Shown here: piece by piece, positions 30,037 to 40,037 of the stretch
Layout: every line of letters starts with the position of its first letter
Numbering within the stretch: position 1 is the first letter of the stretch
Assembly: GCA_963735595.1 (NCBI GenBank)
Contig: CAVTLK010000005.1
Coordinates: 231,760-295,759 of the forward strand
DNA length: 64,000 bases
Direction: 5' to 3'
From: an uncultured delta proteobacterium
Lineage (GTDB): Bacteria > Desulfobacterota > Zymogenia > Zymogenales > Zymogenaceae
The notes under the pieces: generated by a model
The model's database searches: none
What the model was told of the DNA's origin: nothing
What the model saw: only the letters and a program-made list of their open reading frames with translations
Position numbers and translations under genes: made by a program

Positions 30037-30759
30037 CTAAAGAATTTCCTTCAGGAATGTCTTGGTGCGCTCATCCTGGGGGTTAGTGAAGAAGTGGTCC
30101 GGCGTTCCCTCCTCGATGATCTGGCCGTGATCCATGAAAATGACACGGTCGGCGACCTCCCGGGCGAATCCCATTTCATGGGTGACGACCACCATCGTCA
30201 TCCCCTCCCGTGCGAGGTCTTTCATGACGTTGAGGACCTCGCTGATCATCTCCGGGTCGAGGGCCGACGTGGGTTCGTCAAAGAGCATGATCTTGGGCCT
30301 CATCGCCAGCCCCCGGGCAATGGCGACGCGCTGCTGCTGGCCGCCGGAAAGCTCCGAGGGGTATTTATATGCCTGTTCGGTGATTTGGACCCGCTTGAGA
30401 AGAGAAAGCCCCAGCTTCTTGGCCTCCTCCTTCTTCATCTGCTTCACCTTGACGGGTGCAAGGACGATGTTATCCATGACCGTCATGTGGGGATAAAGGT
30501 TGAAGTGCTGAAAGACCATGCCGATTTCGGCGCGGAGCCGGTTGATATCGGTCTTGGGATCGGCGAGGTTGCGGCCGTTGACGATGAGCGTCCCGCTGTT
30601 GATGAGCTCGAGCTCATTGATGCAGCGGATCAGGGTCGATTTTCCCGAGCCCGACGGCCCGCACACGACCACGACTTCTCCCCGCTTGATTTCCAGGGTG
30701 ATCCCCTTGAGGGCGTGAAACGCTCCGTAGTATTTGTGGACGTCCTTAAAGATTATCAT
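30037..30759 (-). CDS. amino acid ABC transporter ATP-binding protein
   Basis: [37 protein letters not shown]; GlnQ/HisP-like, 240 aa. Confidence 0.9.
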   Translation of the reverse strand: MIIFKDVHKYYGAFHALKGITLEIKRGEVVVVCGPSGSGKSTLIRCINELELINSGTLIVNGRNLADPKTDINRLRAEIGMVFQHFNLYPHMTVMDNIVLAPVKVKQMKKEEAKKLGLSLLKRVQITEQAYKYPSELSGGQQQRVAIARGLAMRPKIMLFDEPTSALDPEMISEVLNVMKDLAREGMTMVVVTHEMGFAREVADRVIFMDHGQIIEEGTPDHFFTNPQDERTKTFLKEIL

Positions 30760-30810
30760 ATGAAATTACTGCCATCTAGATTTCAGGTCGCGGCCTCAAT
30801 ACACAAACGA

Positions 30811-31335
30811 TCAGGTGCTGTAAAGAATGGGCCGGTAGGCGCCCTTCTTTGCGGTCTTCTTTTCCTGCTTCGGCGGAGTTCGCGGAGGGACGACCATCAG
30901 AACGGGACAGGAGGCCTTCTTCAGCACCCGTTCCGAGGTCGAGCTGAATTCGTGATAGAACTCTTCCTTCTTGCCGTGGGACCCCATAATGATAAGGTCC
31001 GCGGATTCTTCCGCCGCCAGCTCCACGATCTCCTGGGAGGGCAGGCCGTACAGCACGACGGTGCTGACCTTTACCCCGCGCTGTTGGCTCCTGGTCTTTA
31101 TGTCCTTGAAGACTCCCCTATCGTGCTCGTTGAAATCCTCAAGGAACTCCTTGACCTTTCTGTCAGAAAGGAAAGCGGGATAGACGTCTTCCCCGTTTAT
31201 CGTGCGCCGGTCCGAAACCGTCACGACGATGATCTCCGCGGAAAAAAGGGCCGCCAGCTCCAGCGCCCAGTCAAAAGCGGCCAGCGATACTTCGGAGCCG
31301 TCAACGGCCGCAACGATTTTCCTTAAGGTGAGCAT
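30811..31335 (-). CDS. universal stress protein (UspA family)
   Basis: Start at MLTLRKIVAAVDGSEVS; ends ...IIMGSHGKKEEFYHEFSSTSERVLKKASCPVLMVV. Confidence 0.75.
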   Translation of the reverse strand: MLTLRKIVAAVDGSEVSLAAFDWALELAALFSAEIIVVTVSDRRTINGEDVYPAFLSDRKVKEFLEDFNEHDRGVFKDIKTRSQQRGVKVSTVVLYGLPSQEIVELAAEESADLIIMGSHGKKEEFYHEFSSTSERVLKKASCPVLMVVPPRTPPKQEKKTAKKGAYRPILYST

Positions 31336-31337
31336 GG

Positions 31338-32186
31338 CTATTTCGGCCAGACCTCCATGGTGAAGTCGAGGGGAAGGCGAACTGCCGCCTCTTTTCCGAA
31401 CCACGTTTCGTATATCTCGGCGTATCTCCCGGATACCCAGAGATCCATAAGGGCGCGGTCAACGATCTCCCGCCAGGTTCCGTCTTCGGGGGGCAGTCCC
31501 ATGGCAATGGGAGTCGGGACAATCGGCTCTTTGATGATCCTGAGTGTCCCGGGTTTCTCGCTTTCGGTCACCAGATTAACGAGGTCCTTGAAATCGCCGA
31601 TAACCGCCACGACCTCCCGGTTCGTCAGGAGCGCAAGTCCCGCCCGGGAATCGTCCACCCCGGTAATGTTTTTGGAGACTTTTTCCTGCACCCTTGCCGC
31701 GTCCGTGCCCGCCACGACCGCGATTGACTTGCTCCTGAGCGAGGAAAGAGAATATATCCCGGACGAGGCCGGGACCATCGCCATCGTTCCGCCGTAGAGG
31801 TAGGTGACGGAAAAGTCGATGACCCGTTCCCAGCTCATCCGGTGATTGAGGCCCGGCGCCATCTGGATAATCCCCTCGGCGGCCATCGGTATGGTGACGT
31901 TCGGTTCCACGACGACAAAGCGGGCCTGGACCCCGATAATCCCCGCAATCGCCCGGGCCAGGTCCACGTCAAACCCCGAATAGGTGATCTCATTGGCCTG
32001 ACCGATTGCCTCGGAAAAGGGGAGGTAGCCCGCCCGCACCCCCACGATCATGACGCCCGATTCCCGGACGGCGTCGGCCGTTTCGGCCGCGTCCAGATAT
32101 GGAGGGAAGTATGCCAGGTAGAGTGCCGCGGCCAACGATACGCCCGCCGTGAGCATTCTTCTGTTTCTATTTCCCGTCGGTTTCAT
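31338..32186 (-). CDS. second amino acid ABC transporter substrate-binding protein
   Basis: Start MKPTGNRNRRMLTAGVSLAAA (signal). SBP family-3 fold (GFDVDLARAIAGIIGV). The ORF-track start at 32441 is an Arg-rich upstream extension. Confidence 0.7.
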   Translation of the reverse strand: MKPTGNRNRRMLTAGVSLAAALYLAYFPPYLDAAETADAVRESGVMIVGVRAGYLPFSEAIGQANEITYSGFDVDLARAIAGIIGVQARFVVVEPNVTIPMAAEGIIQMAPGLNHRMSWERVIDFSVTYLYGGTMAMVPASSGIYSLSSLRSKSIAVVAGTDAARVQEKVSKNITGVDDSRAGLALLTNREVVAVIGDFKDLVNLVTESEKPGTLRIIKEPIVPTPIAMGLPPEDGTWREIVDRALMDLWVSGRYAEIYETWFGKEAAVRLPLDFTMEVWPK

Positions 32187-32209
32187 GGTCCCCGTGCCCC
32201 CGGCTTTTC

Positions 32210-33617
32210 TTAGGTTGATTCGAGGAATACCCGAAATGCCTTGCAGCTCATATAGATATCGGCCTTGCTTGAGATCTCGAAGGGTGAGTGCATATTGAGC
32301 AGGACCGGGCCGATATCGATGACGTCGATACCCCGCTCGGCGATGTCTTTTGCGATGGTTCCCCCGCCCCCCTCGTCGACCTTTCCCAGCTCGCCGTACT
32401 GCCAGACGACCCCCGCGCCGTTGAAGAGCCGGCGAACCCACCCGACCAGCTCCGCCGAGGCGTCGGAGGCCATGTATTTACCGCGGGAGCCGGTGAACTT
32501 GGTGATACAGGGGCCGTAACCCAGGAGCGCCGCGTTGGTCTTCTCGTGCACCTCCGGCCAGTCCGGGTCCATCGCCCCGTTGACGTCGGCCGAGATGCAG
32601 CGGCTCTTTGCCAGCATCGCCGAGACGTCGGAGGCCGCGGGCGTTTTACCGGCCGCCGTAAGGATATCAGCGGCCACCTCTTCGATGATCCGGCCCCGGG
32701 CGCCGGTCACCCCTTCCGACCCGATCTCCTCCTTGTCCAGAAAGAAGACGGCGCACGTCCTGGCGGGGTTCTTCGCCGAGAGGGCGGCCGAGAGGGCCGA
32801 GTAGGCGCTGGCCCGGTCGTCCTGGCCGTAGGAGCCGACCGAGCGAGCAGTCAAAGCCGATGTCGCGTGCGGGGCCGGCCGGCACCGCCTCGATCTCGGC
32901 GCTGATAAAATCCTCCTCGGTGATGCCGTAGGTGTCGTGCAGATGCGTCAGGACGGCAAGCTTGACCCGCTCCTTTGCCTCGGTGTCGGCAATGGGGATG
33001 GTCCCGCAGATGATGTTGAGCTTCTCGGCGGGCAGGGCCTCCGAAATCTTCTTTTCCATCTGGGCCTTTCCGGCCAGGTGGATGAGGAGGTCCGAGACCA
33101 GGAATACCGGGTCTTCTGGGCCGTCGCCGATGGCGATCTCGACTTCTTTGCCGTCTCCGGTGACCACCAGGCCGTAGAGCGCCAGGGGGCGCGCAACCCA
33201 GTGGTATTTCTTGAGGCCGCCGTAGTAGTGGGTCTTCAGGTGGGCGATCTCGACGTCTTCGTAGAGGGGGCGCTGTTTGAGGTCGAGCCGGGGGCTGTCG
33301 ATGTGGGAGACGATGAGGTTGATGCCGTGGGAAGGGTCCCCGGTCCCCATCAGGACCATAGCCGCCGACTTGTGGCGGTAATCGCGGTAGAACTTCTTGA
33401 CGGGCTTTCCCGGATCGAACTCGGTGAAGCCCCTGCCCTGGGCCCTGCGGATGATCTCGCGGACGGCAAGCCGCTCGGTCTTGGCCGCCGTCAGAAACGC
33501 CCGGTAGTCATCGCCGAGAGAGGCGATTTCCTTTTTATCGGCGTCGGTGACCTGATCCCAGACCGATTTGGGCTTGTACTTGAGTTCCTCGCCGGGGGCC
33601 TTTTTCTGATCGTTCAT
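32210..33617 (-). pseudogene. M18-family aminopeptidase (aspartyl/glutamyl aminopeptidase-like), one frameshift near 32830
   Basis: ORF 32667..33617 is the N-terminal part (..HIDSPRLDLKQRPLYE..) and 32210..32854 the C-terminal part (SYGQDDRASAYSAL...HSPFEISSKADIY). The frames join at the conserved FD-RSL-GSYGQDD. Confidence 0.7.
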
Positions 33618-33765
33618 GGAGTCGAAATGTATCCGTATATATAAAAAAACATACGTACCATGACACGGAGGCCAAAGTCAAGTTTAAACGTGCAACCAGT
33701 TAGCCGCGGCCCGCCGCGTGCACTTTGTACCTCGGCAGCGAGGCCCAGCCTTAACGGTACGGGGG

Positions 33766-34524
33766 CTATCCGATACGCTTTTTGATCTTCCCCCACGAGG
33801 GCGTGATCAGGAAGCTCTCGTCCATGTCGGCGACCATCCGGGTGAACTTCTTCATCGGGACGGCAAACGTCAGGACGCCCTCGGGTACGTAGGGCCGGGC
33901 GGAAACATCAAACATCCCCAGGACGGCCCGGGGCCGCTTTGCCGCCGCCTCCAGCATCGGGTAGCCGACGATGGAGCCGCATCCTGCGCTAAAGGGACAG
34001 ATGACTCCGTTGGCGTCGGATTCTTCAAAGCCGGCAAGCGTAAAAAGGCCCGCGAGCACGTCGGGCGGGGCAAAGAAGATCACGACATCGGGGCTGTCGG
34101 CCTCGGTCAGGCGGTCCCATCGGGTGAATACGATGTACCTTTTCGGGGCGGTAAACGTCTTGGCGTTTTTAAGCAGCTCCTTGACGATCTCGGGGGATTT
34201 CTTATAACGCTCCCCCTCCATTTTCCCCTCGATGCCGCAGGAAAGGAAATACTCAAACCCCGGCCTCAGCGCCTGGGAAAAACCGAGGTAGCGCCTGCCC
34301 CCGGCGCATCCGATGGCGTCGTTATCCAGCGCGAGCGTCTTGCCCTTGCGAACGCCGATGATATCCGCGATGACGCAGCGGTGGGGGGCCGTGGTCAGCC
34401 TGGGTAACAGCGCCCGGTCGGCCGTGTCGGTATACTGGAAGACGATGGGGAGCTCGGCGCTCCTGAAGTATTTCTTCCACTTGGCCGTAAACTCGTCCCT
34501 GATCGCCCCGATCGTTATGTCCAT
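33766..34524 (-). CDS. DUF169 (COG2043) family protein
   Basis: PIVFQY...HRCVIADIIGVRKGKTLALDNDAIGCAGGRRYLGF matches the conserved DUF169 core. 252 aa. Confidence 0.55.
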   Translation of the reverse strand: MDITIGAIRDEFTAKWKKYFRSAELPIVFQYTDTADRALLPRLTTAPHRCVIADIIGVRKGKTLALDNDAIGCAGGRRYLGFSQALRPGFEYFLSCGIEGKMEGERYKKSPEIVKELLKNAKTFTAPKRYIVFTRWDRLTEADSPDVVIFFAPPDVLAGLFTLAGFEESDANGVICPFSAGCGSIVGYPMLEAAAKRPRAVLGMFDVSARPYVPEGVLTFAVPMKKFTRMVADMDESFLITPSWGKIKKRIG

Positions 34525-34595
34525 GGGGTTTCCTCCATTCGTGGTTTGGTGCAGTATACCCGAAATCGGGTTGAAAGTACCGGGTTTTTTAGGGG

Positions 34596-34627
34596 GTAAA
34601 AAACCGCGGCCCCTGAAGGGGCCGCGG
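34596..34627 (-). terminator. rho-independent terminator after the WG-repeat gene
   Basis: ccgcggcccc-tgaa-ggggccgcgg; on the minus strand TTTTTT follows the stem. Confidence 0.55.
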
Positions 34628-34659
34628 CGATGCCAATATATATGGTTGATTTGTTCCGG

Positions 34660-35694
34660 CTATTTTGCCGTCAGCATCTTTCCGGTCTTGTCGATAAATC
34701 CCCATTTCTCGCCGATCTCGACGGCGGCCATCCCGCCCGCGAACTCGTTGGCGTGGTCAAAGCGAGGCTCGATGATGAATTTACCGGTCTTGTCGATATA
34801 GCCCCACTTTTCCCCCTGCTTAACCGCGGCAAGGCCTTCCTTGAAGGTATCGGCATATTCGAAGGTTGCCGGGATCACGAACGCGCCCGTCTTATTGATA
34901 TAGCCGTTGCCGTCCTTCATTTCCACCGCCGCCAGGCCACCCGAGAAGGGCCCGGGGTCCCTGAAGGCGGGCGGGATTACCACGGTCCCTGTTTTATCCG
35001 CGTAACCCCACTTACGGCCCATCTCGACCGCGGCCAAACCCTCGGAGAAGGGCCTGACGTCGTCAAACGCCGGCGCAATGACCATCGTCCCCTTTACGTC
35101 GATAAAACCCCAGAGGTCGCCCACCTGCACCGCGCACAGGCCGTCGGAGAAATTACCCGTATCCTCGTAAGTCGGCGGCACGACGACGGTCCCCTTCTTG
35201 TCGATAAAGCCGATCAGGTCCCCGGCCTGCACCGCCGCGAGGCCGCCGGCAAACGGCTCGGCGTCGTCGTAGGTCGCCGGGATCACGACCTTCCCGTTCA
35301 CGTCGATAAAGCCGATCTTTTCGACCGACTCAAAACGGGCCAGGCCCTCGGAAAAGTCCCACGCGTCGTCGAGGTTCGCCAGGATAACGGCCGCGCCCTT
35401 TTTGTCGATGAAGCCGTGCTTGTCGCCCGAGATGAAGCGGGCCCTGCCGTCCTTGAAATCGTAGGCGGGCGCGTAAAAGATCGACTCCCGCATAAACGAC
35501 GGGGAGATGATAAATTTTCCGGTTTTGTCGATATACCCGATCTGCTTGTTGACCTCTACCCGCGCGAGATTCTCCGAGAAGTTCCAGGCGTTGTCGACCA
35601 GCAGCTCCCCGGCAACGGCGAGCGTGGCAAAAGCCAGGACGCCGAGAATGACCAGCGGAACAACGACAAAGGCCGCATATGATCGTCTTTTCAT
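34660..35694 (-). CDS. secreted WG-repeat (KWG) protein
   Basis: Signal MKRRSYAAFVVVPLVILGVLAFA, then about 10 repeats of the pattern GxxxxF.EGLAAV....KWGYIDKTG.VVIPP.F. AAGGAGGG RBS before ATG 35694. Confidence 0.7.
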   Translation of the reverse strand: MKRRSYAAFVVVPLVILGVLAFATLAVAGELLVDNAWNFSENLARVEVNKQIGYIDKTGKFIISPSFMRESIFYAPAYDFKDGRARFISGDKHGFIDKKGAAVILANLDDAWDFSEGLARFESVEKIGFIDVNGKVVIPATYDDAEPFAGGLAAVQAGDLIGFIDKKGTVVVPPTYEDTGNFSDGLCAVQVGDLWGFIDVKGTMVIAPAFDDVRPFSEGLAAVEMGRKWGYADKTGTVVIPPAFRDPGPFSGGLAAVEMKDGNGYINKTGAFVIPATFEYADTFKEGLAAVKQGEKWGYIDKTGKFIIEPRFDHANEFAGGMAAVEIGEKWGFIDKTGKMLTAK

Positions 35695-35897
35695 CAAGCC
35701 CTCCTTTTTTGTGGGGAAAGTTTTTCTGGTGAGTAAAAATGGACACAATAACTATCGCACATTTTCGGGAAGACGTCAAGGGACTAAATCATGGGGGATA
35801 GAGCGGAAAAAGGGGAGGGCCTCCCCCCGTCCCGGATTTGCCGAGGTAGGGAGCCCCGTCCCCTTGCGCGATTCTTGCCCGATCGTGGTCCAGGTGG

Positions 35898-36329
35898 CTA
35901 TTGCACCCTAAAGGTTATCGACGCCAGCTCCCTGCCGCCGTCGTCGCTTTCATTCATGCGCAGGTCATAGGAGCCGGGTGCCGACGGCGCGATAAGTTCC
36001 ATGATCCCGGAAGTCGTCCCGTTGAGATACTGATAGGAAATATCGTTCTGGTCGTTTACCTCTTCGGACCCGTGGGGGACCGCAGACGGGATGATCCCGA
36101 TCCATGCGTTGGTGGGCAGGCCCACCGGCGCCATGTAGACGAGGTTGATCGTATCGCCCGGCATATAGACGTCCCGGCCCAGGCTCAGGGTTGCGGGGAT
36201 CATGACGCCGGGGGCGGGGGCGGCGGGCTGGGCCTGGGGTGCCGGCTCGTCGGTTCCCGAACAGGCAACGAGGCACAGGGCGGCCAACAAAGAAAGCGCG
36301 ATCGCGGTCAGATACAGAGACTTTTTCAT
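35898..36329 (-). CDS. hypothetical lipoprotein
   Basis: Lipobox LAALCLVACSG, Pro/Ala-rich linker, beta-rich 100-aa domain. Confidence 0.5.
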   Translation of the reverse strand: MKKSLYLTAIALSLLAALCLVACSGTDEPAPQAQPAAPAPGVMIPATLSLGRDVYMPGDTINLVYMAPVGLPTNAWIGIIPSAVPHGSEEVNDQNDISYQYLNGTTSGIMELIAPSAPGSYDLRMNESDDGGRELASITFRVQ

Positions 36330-36438
36330 GTGCGGTTTTCTCCTTGGTACTTGATGTGGTTTTTTAATCGGCTCTAAACGTGACCCGAATGATGACTGGT
36401 TAAAGTGGATCAGTTGTATCCGTAAGTGCCACTGAATG

Positions 36439-37404
36439 TCAATACACCAGCCCCACCTTCTCCCTCACCACGTCCAGCGTCTTGACCGCCTCGGCGCGGG
36501 TCTTTTCGGCACCCTTCTTGAGGATATCCCGGATGTCATTGGGCCTACTGACCAGCGCCGCGCGTTTTTCGCGGTAGGGGGCGAAGAACTCCCAGACCCG
36601 CTTCAACAGATCCTTTTTCACGTCGGAGTATTTCAGGCCGGGGGCAAGATAATTCGCGCGCAGTTCCTGTTTCTCGTCGGCCGTCATGAAGAGCGAGATC
36701 AGGGCAAAGAGGTTATCCGTGTCCGGGTCCTTGATCTCCTGCACGCCCCGGGAATCGGTAACCACGCTCATGACCTTTTTCTTCAGCTCGGCCTCGTCCT
36801 CGAATATATCGATGGTGTTGCCGTAGGACTTGCTCATCTTCTGGCCGTCGATGCCGGGGATGACCGCAAGGTCATCGTCGATCTCCGCTTCGGGCACGAC
36901 GAAGGTGTCGCCATAGAGGTAGTTGAACCTGATCGCGATGTCGCGGGTCATCTCGAGGTGCTGTTTCTGATCCTTGCCGACCGGCACGCGGTCGGCCTGG
37001 TAGAGCAGGATATCGGCGGCCATCAGCACCGGGTAGGCAAAGAGCCCGTGGTTGGGGGCGATGCCCTTGGCAATCTTGTCTTTATAGCTGTGGGCGCGCT
37101 CCAACAACCCCATCGGGGTGACGTTGCTAAGTATCCAGGTAAGCTCGGTGACCTCCGGCACGTCGCCCTGCACCCAGAAGAAGCTCTTCTCGGGGTCAAG
37201 CCCCAGCGCCAGGAAGTCGGCGGCGGCGCCGAGCGTATCGGCGGCAAGGCGCGGCCCCTCGGCCACCGTCGTCAGGGCGTGGTAGTTGACGATGAAGCAA
37301 AAGAGGGTGTGCTCCTCCTGGTAGCGGATCATACTTCGCATCATGCCGAAGTAGTTGCCGATGTGGAGCGTCCCCGAGGGCTGGATACCGGAGAGAATTC
37401 TCAT
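36439..37404 (-). CDS. trpS: tryptophan--tRNA ligase
   Basis: MRILSGIQPSGTLHIGNYFG (HIGH) ... KMSKSYGN (KMSKS). Start at the conserved MRILSG; the ORF-track start at 37455 is an extension. Confidence 0.9.
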   Translation of the reverse strand: MRILSGIQPSGTLHIGNYFGMMRSMIRYQEEHTLFCFIVNYHALTTVAEGPRLAADTLGAAADFLALGLDPEKSFFWVQGDVPEVTELTWILSNVTPMGLLERAHSYKDKIAKGIAPNHGLFAYPVLMAADILLYQADRVPVGKDQKQHLEMTRDIAIRFNYLYGDTFVVPEAEIDDDLAVIPGIDGQKMSKSYGNTIDIFEDEAELKKKVMSVVTDSRGVQEIKDPDTDNLFALISLFMTADEKQELRANYLAPGLKYSDVKKDLLKRVWEFFAPYREKRAALVSRPNDIRDILKKGAEKTRAEAVKTLDVVREKVGLVY

Positions 37405-37469
37405 TTTTATTATCCCTTTCCGCAATGTGTAAGGCGGGAAATACGGTAACCCCATAATCCCGGAGTATT

Positions 37470-37690
37470 TTCTTCGTGCCTTTGTGTCTTAGTGGTGATG
37501 TTCCGTCTTTTCTAAGGCCGATAATACCATTAAGACACAAAGAAGCAACAGAAGCATAAAGGAGTCGGAGCGCTCATGTCTTTATCAACTTTCGGGTCTT
37601 TCTCACCCGTTTTCGACGGTAAAGAAAGGCTCCCACCACAAAGGCACCAAGACACAAAGTAGAATAAATTACGTATGGTGTCGCGATAAT
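37470..37690. repeat. mosaic repeat block: CACAAAG-family hairpin arms plus a half GGTGTCGCG hairpin module
   Basis: tcttcgtgcctttgtgtcttagtggtga ... ccaccacaaaggcaccaagacacaaagtagaa, then aattacgtatggtgtcgcgataattcg. Confidence 0.55.
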
Positions 37691-37712
37691 TCGAAATTCC
37701 TGCAGTTGATCC

Positions 37713-38174
37713 TTAGTCTGTCTTGATCACCGTCACGTATACGCGCCGGTCTCTCGGCCCGTCGAACTCGCAGAAAAAGAGCGACTGCCAGGTGCCGAGC
37801 ACGAGCCTGCCGCTTTCCAGAATCACGGTCTCGGATGCGCCCACGAGGCTCGATTTCAGGTGGGCGTCGGAATTGCCCTCAACGTGCCGCCAGGCGCCGC
37901 GCTCCGGGATGATCTCGGAGAGCTTTGCCAGGATATCGGCCGGCACGTCGGGGTCGGCGTTTTCGTTGATGGTGACGGCGGCCGTCGTGTGGGGGACGAA
38001 AACGACCACGATGCCGTCCCCGGTCCCCGACTCCCGGACGGCCGCTGCGACCTCGGACGTGATGTCGATCATCTCGACCCGCCGTTTTGTCTGGACCGAG
38101 AACTCGTGCACGATACCGCCTCCCGCGTGTTCCTGACGTTGACGGAAAATATCACTGTTGCCTGTATTTTTCAA
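37713..38174 (-). CDS. YjbQ/UPF0047 family protein (secondary thiamine-phosphate synthase-like)
   Basis: VHEFSVQTKRR.EMIDITSEV...VFVPHTTAAVTINENADPDV...EGNSDAHLKSSLVGAS...LGTWQ...FCEFDGPR. Confidence 0.75.
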   Translation of the reverse strand: MKNTGNSDIFRQRQEHAGGGIVHEFSVQTKRRVEMIDITSEVAAAVRESGTGDGIVVVFVPHTTAAVTINENADPDVPADILAKLSEIIPERGAWRHVEGNSDAHLKSSLVGASETVILESGRLVLGTWQSLFFCEFDGPRDRRVYVTVIKTD

Positions 38175-38234
38175 GCCATTTCTGCTATAATCTCGCGCCG
38201 GTACCTTGGCTCAATTGACAAATCGGACGATTTT

Positions 38235-38850
38235 ATGATACTGAACAGCAGTGCGGGCCTCTATCGAACAATCAAACGAATCATCCTGGCCTCCCATTCG
38301 CCGCGCAGGCGCGAGCTTCTGGCGGCACTCGGGATTATCTTCGAGGTGATCGGGACGGACCTCGACGAGTCGATGACGGCAGGCGAAACGGTGGAGGAGC
38401 ACGTCCTGAGGCTCGCAGGGCAGAAGGCCTGGGCGGTCTCCTCCCGGAACCCCGATGCCCTGGTGCTCGGGGCCGATACGGTCGTGGTGTGGACGGGGCG
38501 GTGCTCGGCAAACCGGCCGACGAGAAGGACGCCGCCCGGATGCTCGGGATGTTGTCCGGCAGGACGCACGAGGTGCTGACGGGCATCGCGATCATCCCGT
38601 CTCAATGCCAGGACGCGTACGCGCAGGTCGTCCGGACCGCCGTCGTCATGAGGGGGCTTGACCCGAGGGAGATCGCGGCCTACGTCGCCACGAAGCGAAC
38701 CGATGGACAAGGCCGGGGCCTACGCGGTGCAGGGGCATGGCGTCGGCCTTCATCACGAGGATCGAGGGGTCCTACACCAACGTGGTGGGCCTGCCGACGG
38801 CCGAGGTTATCGGGCTCATGCTCACGCTCGGGGCCGTGGAGCCGATATAG
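38235..38850 (+). pseudogene. maf: Maf-like nucleoside triphosphate pyrophosphatase, at least 3 frameshifts
   Basis: RIILASHSPRRRELLAALGI (frame 1, 37860..38579 track ORF), VLDGAVLGKPADEKDAARML..HEVLTGIAI (frame 2), EPMDKAGAYAVQG (frame 3), then FITRIEGSYTNVVGLPTAEVIGLMLTLGAVEPI back in frame 1. All the conserved Maf blocks are present but split. Confidence 0.7.
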
Positions 38851-38882
38851 CGATATAGGACGGGGCCGGGAGGGAAAACGCC

Positions 38883-39584
38883 GTGTCGGGAATAGACGAG
38901 ATCAGGGACAACCTTCAAGCGGTGCGGGACGGGATCGGGCGGGCCGCCGTGCGGGCGGGCCGCGACCCGAACGAGGTGAGGCTGATCGTCGTCACCAAGA
39001 CGTTTGAGGCTGCCACGGTCAGAGACGCGATCGGGGCCGGTGCCGCCGACATCGGCGAAAACTACGTCCAGGAGGCGCGGGCAAAGATCGAGGCCGTCGG
39101 CCGTGAGGCCGCCCGGTGGCACTTCATCGGCGGCCTGCAGAAGAACAAGGCGAAATACGTCGTCCGGCTCTTCGACCTGGTCCACTCGGTGGACGGATTG
39201 GAGCTGGCCGCCGAGATCGACCGGCGGGCGGCGGTGGACGGGCGCGTGATGGACATCCTCATCCAGGTGGACATATCCCGGGAGGACCAGAAGTCGGGCG
39301 TGATGGAGGAAGAACTGGCCGACGTTGTCCGCGCGATCGCGCCGCTACCCCACGTCGCCGTAACGGGCCTCATGGGGATGCCGCCCTTCGGGCGGGAGCC
39401 GGAGGCCTCGCGGCCCTATTTCCGCCGGATGAAACAGCTCTTCGACGAGCTTGCGTCTCTCGGGATACCGCGCGTGGATATGCGGGAGCTCTCGATGGGC
39501 ATGTCCAACGACTTTGAGGTAGCCGTCGAGGAGGGCGCGACGATGGTGCGGGTGGGGACGGCGATTTTTGGACAGAGGGGATGA
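38883..39584 (+). CDS. yggS: YggS family pyridoxal-phosphate homeostasis protein
   Basis: RLIVVTKT...IGENYVQEA..K......HFIGGLQKNK; 233 aa alanine-racemase-fold N-domain. Confidence 0.85.
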   Translation: MSGIDEIRDNLQAVRDGIGRAAVRAGRDPNEVRLIVVTKTFEAATVRDAIGAGAADIGENYVQEARAKIEAVGREAARWHFIGGLQKNKAKYVVRLFDLVHSVDGLELAAEIDRRAAVDGRVMDILIQVDISREDQKSGVMEEELADVVRAIAPLPHVAVTGLMGMPPFGREPEASRPYFRRMKQLFDELASLGIPRVDMRELSMGMSNDFEVAVEEGATMVRVGTAIFGQRG

Positions 39585-39675
39585 GTGGTATAATTATAGG
39601 GATAATCGGGGGGGCAATCCCTTCCGCTATCGGCGCATCGCGGATGCGTCATATAACCTAAAACAGGGGGAACCG

Positions 39676-39960
39676 ATGCCAAGAAAGGGTTCGTCCCGTA
39701 AAGGCGGGACAAAAAAGAACCTGATAGTGCCGGTGGTGGTGGCCGTGGTGGTCATCGTAATCGCCGCCATTTTGATGAATTTCCATTTCATACGGACGAA
39801 AAACGACTTCAAGGTGCTCAAGAAGTCCAGCTGGGGGCCCAAGGATACGTTCGTCGATACGCGCTCGTGGGGTCCGCTGGACTGGATAGATCACGGCGAT
39901 TTGCTCAAGGCGATGGTCAATGACACCATCGATGAACTGCAGAAGGACATCACCGAATAG
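39676..39960 (+). CDS. small single-pass membrane protein (94 aa), hypothetical
   Basis: MPRKGSSRKGGTKKNLIVPVVVAVVVIVIAAIL then a ~50-aa soluble domain. A G-rich RBS (aacaggggga) precedes the ATG. Confidence 0.45.
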   Translation: MPRKGSSRKGGTKKNLIVPVVVAVVVIVIAAILMNFHFIRTKNDFKVLKKSSWGPKDTFVDTRSWGPLDWIDHGDLLKAMVNDTIDELQKDITE

Positions 39961-39987
39961 GCCGACCGGTCCGGCCGATGGGAATCG

Positions 39988-40022
39988 TATTTTTCGGGCG
40001 CGTAATAACGCGCCCGAAAAAG
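39988..40022. terminator. bidirectional rho-independent terminator between convergent genes
   Basis: ttttt-cgggcgcg-taataa-cgcgcccg-aaaaa. Confidence 0.55.
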
Positions 40023-40037
40023 AGATTTCCGGGGCCC

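Noticed and set aside
36436-37449. 337-aa plus-strand ORF
   Set aside because: It is antisense to trpS, which has canonical HIGH and KMSKS motifs.
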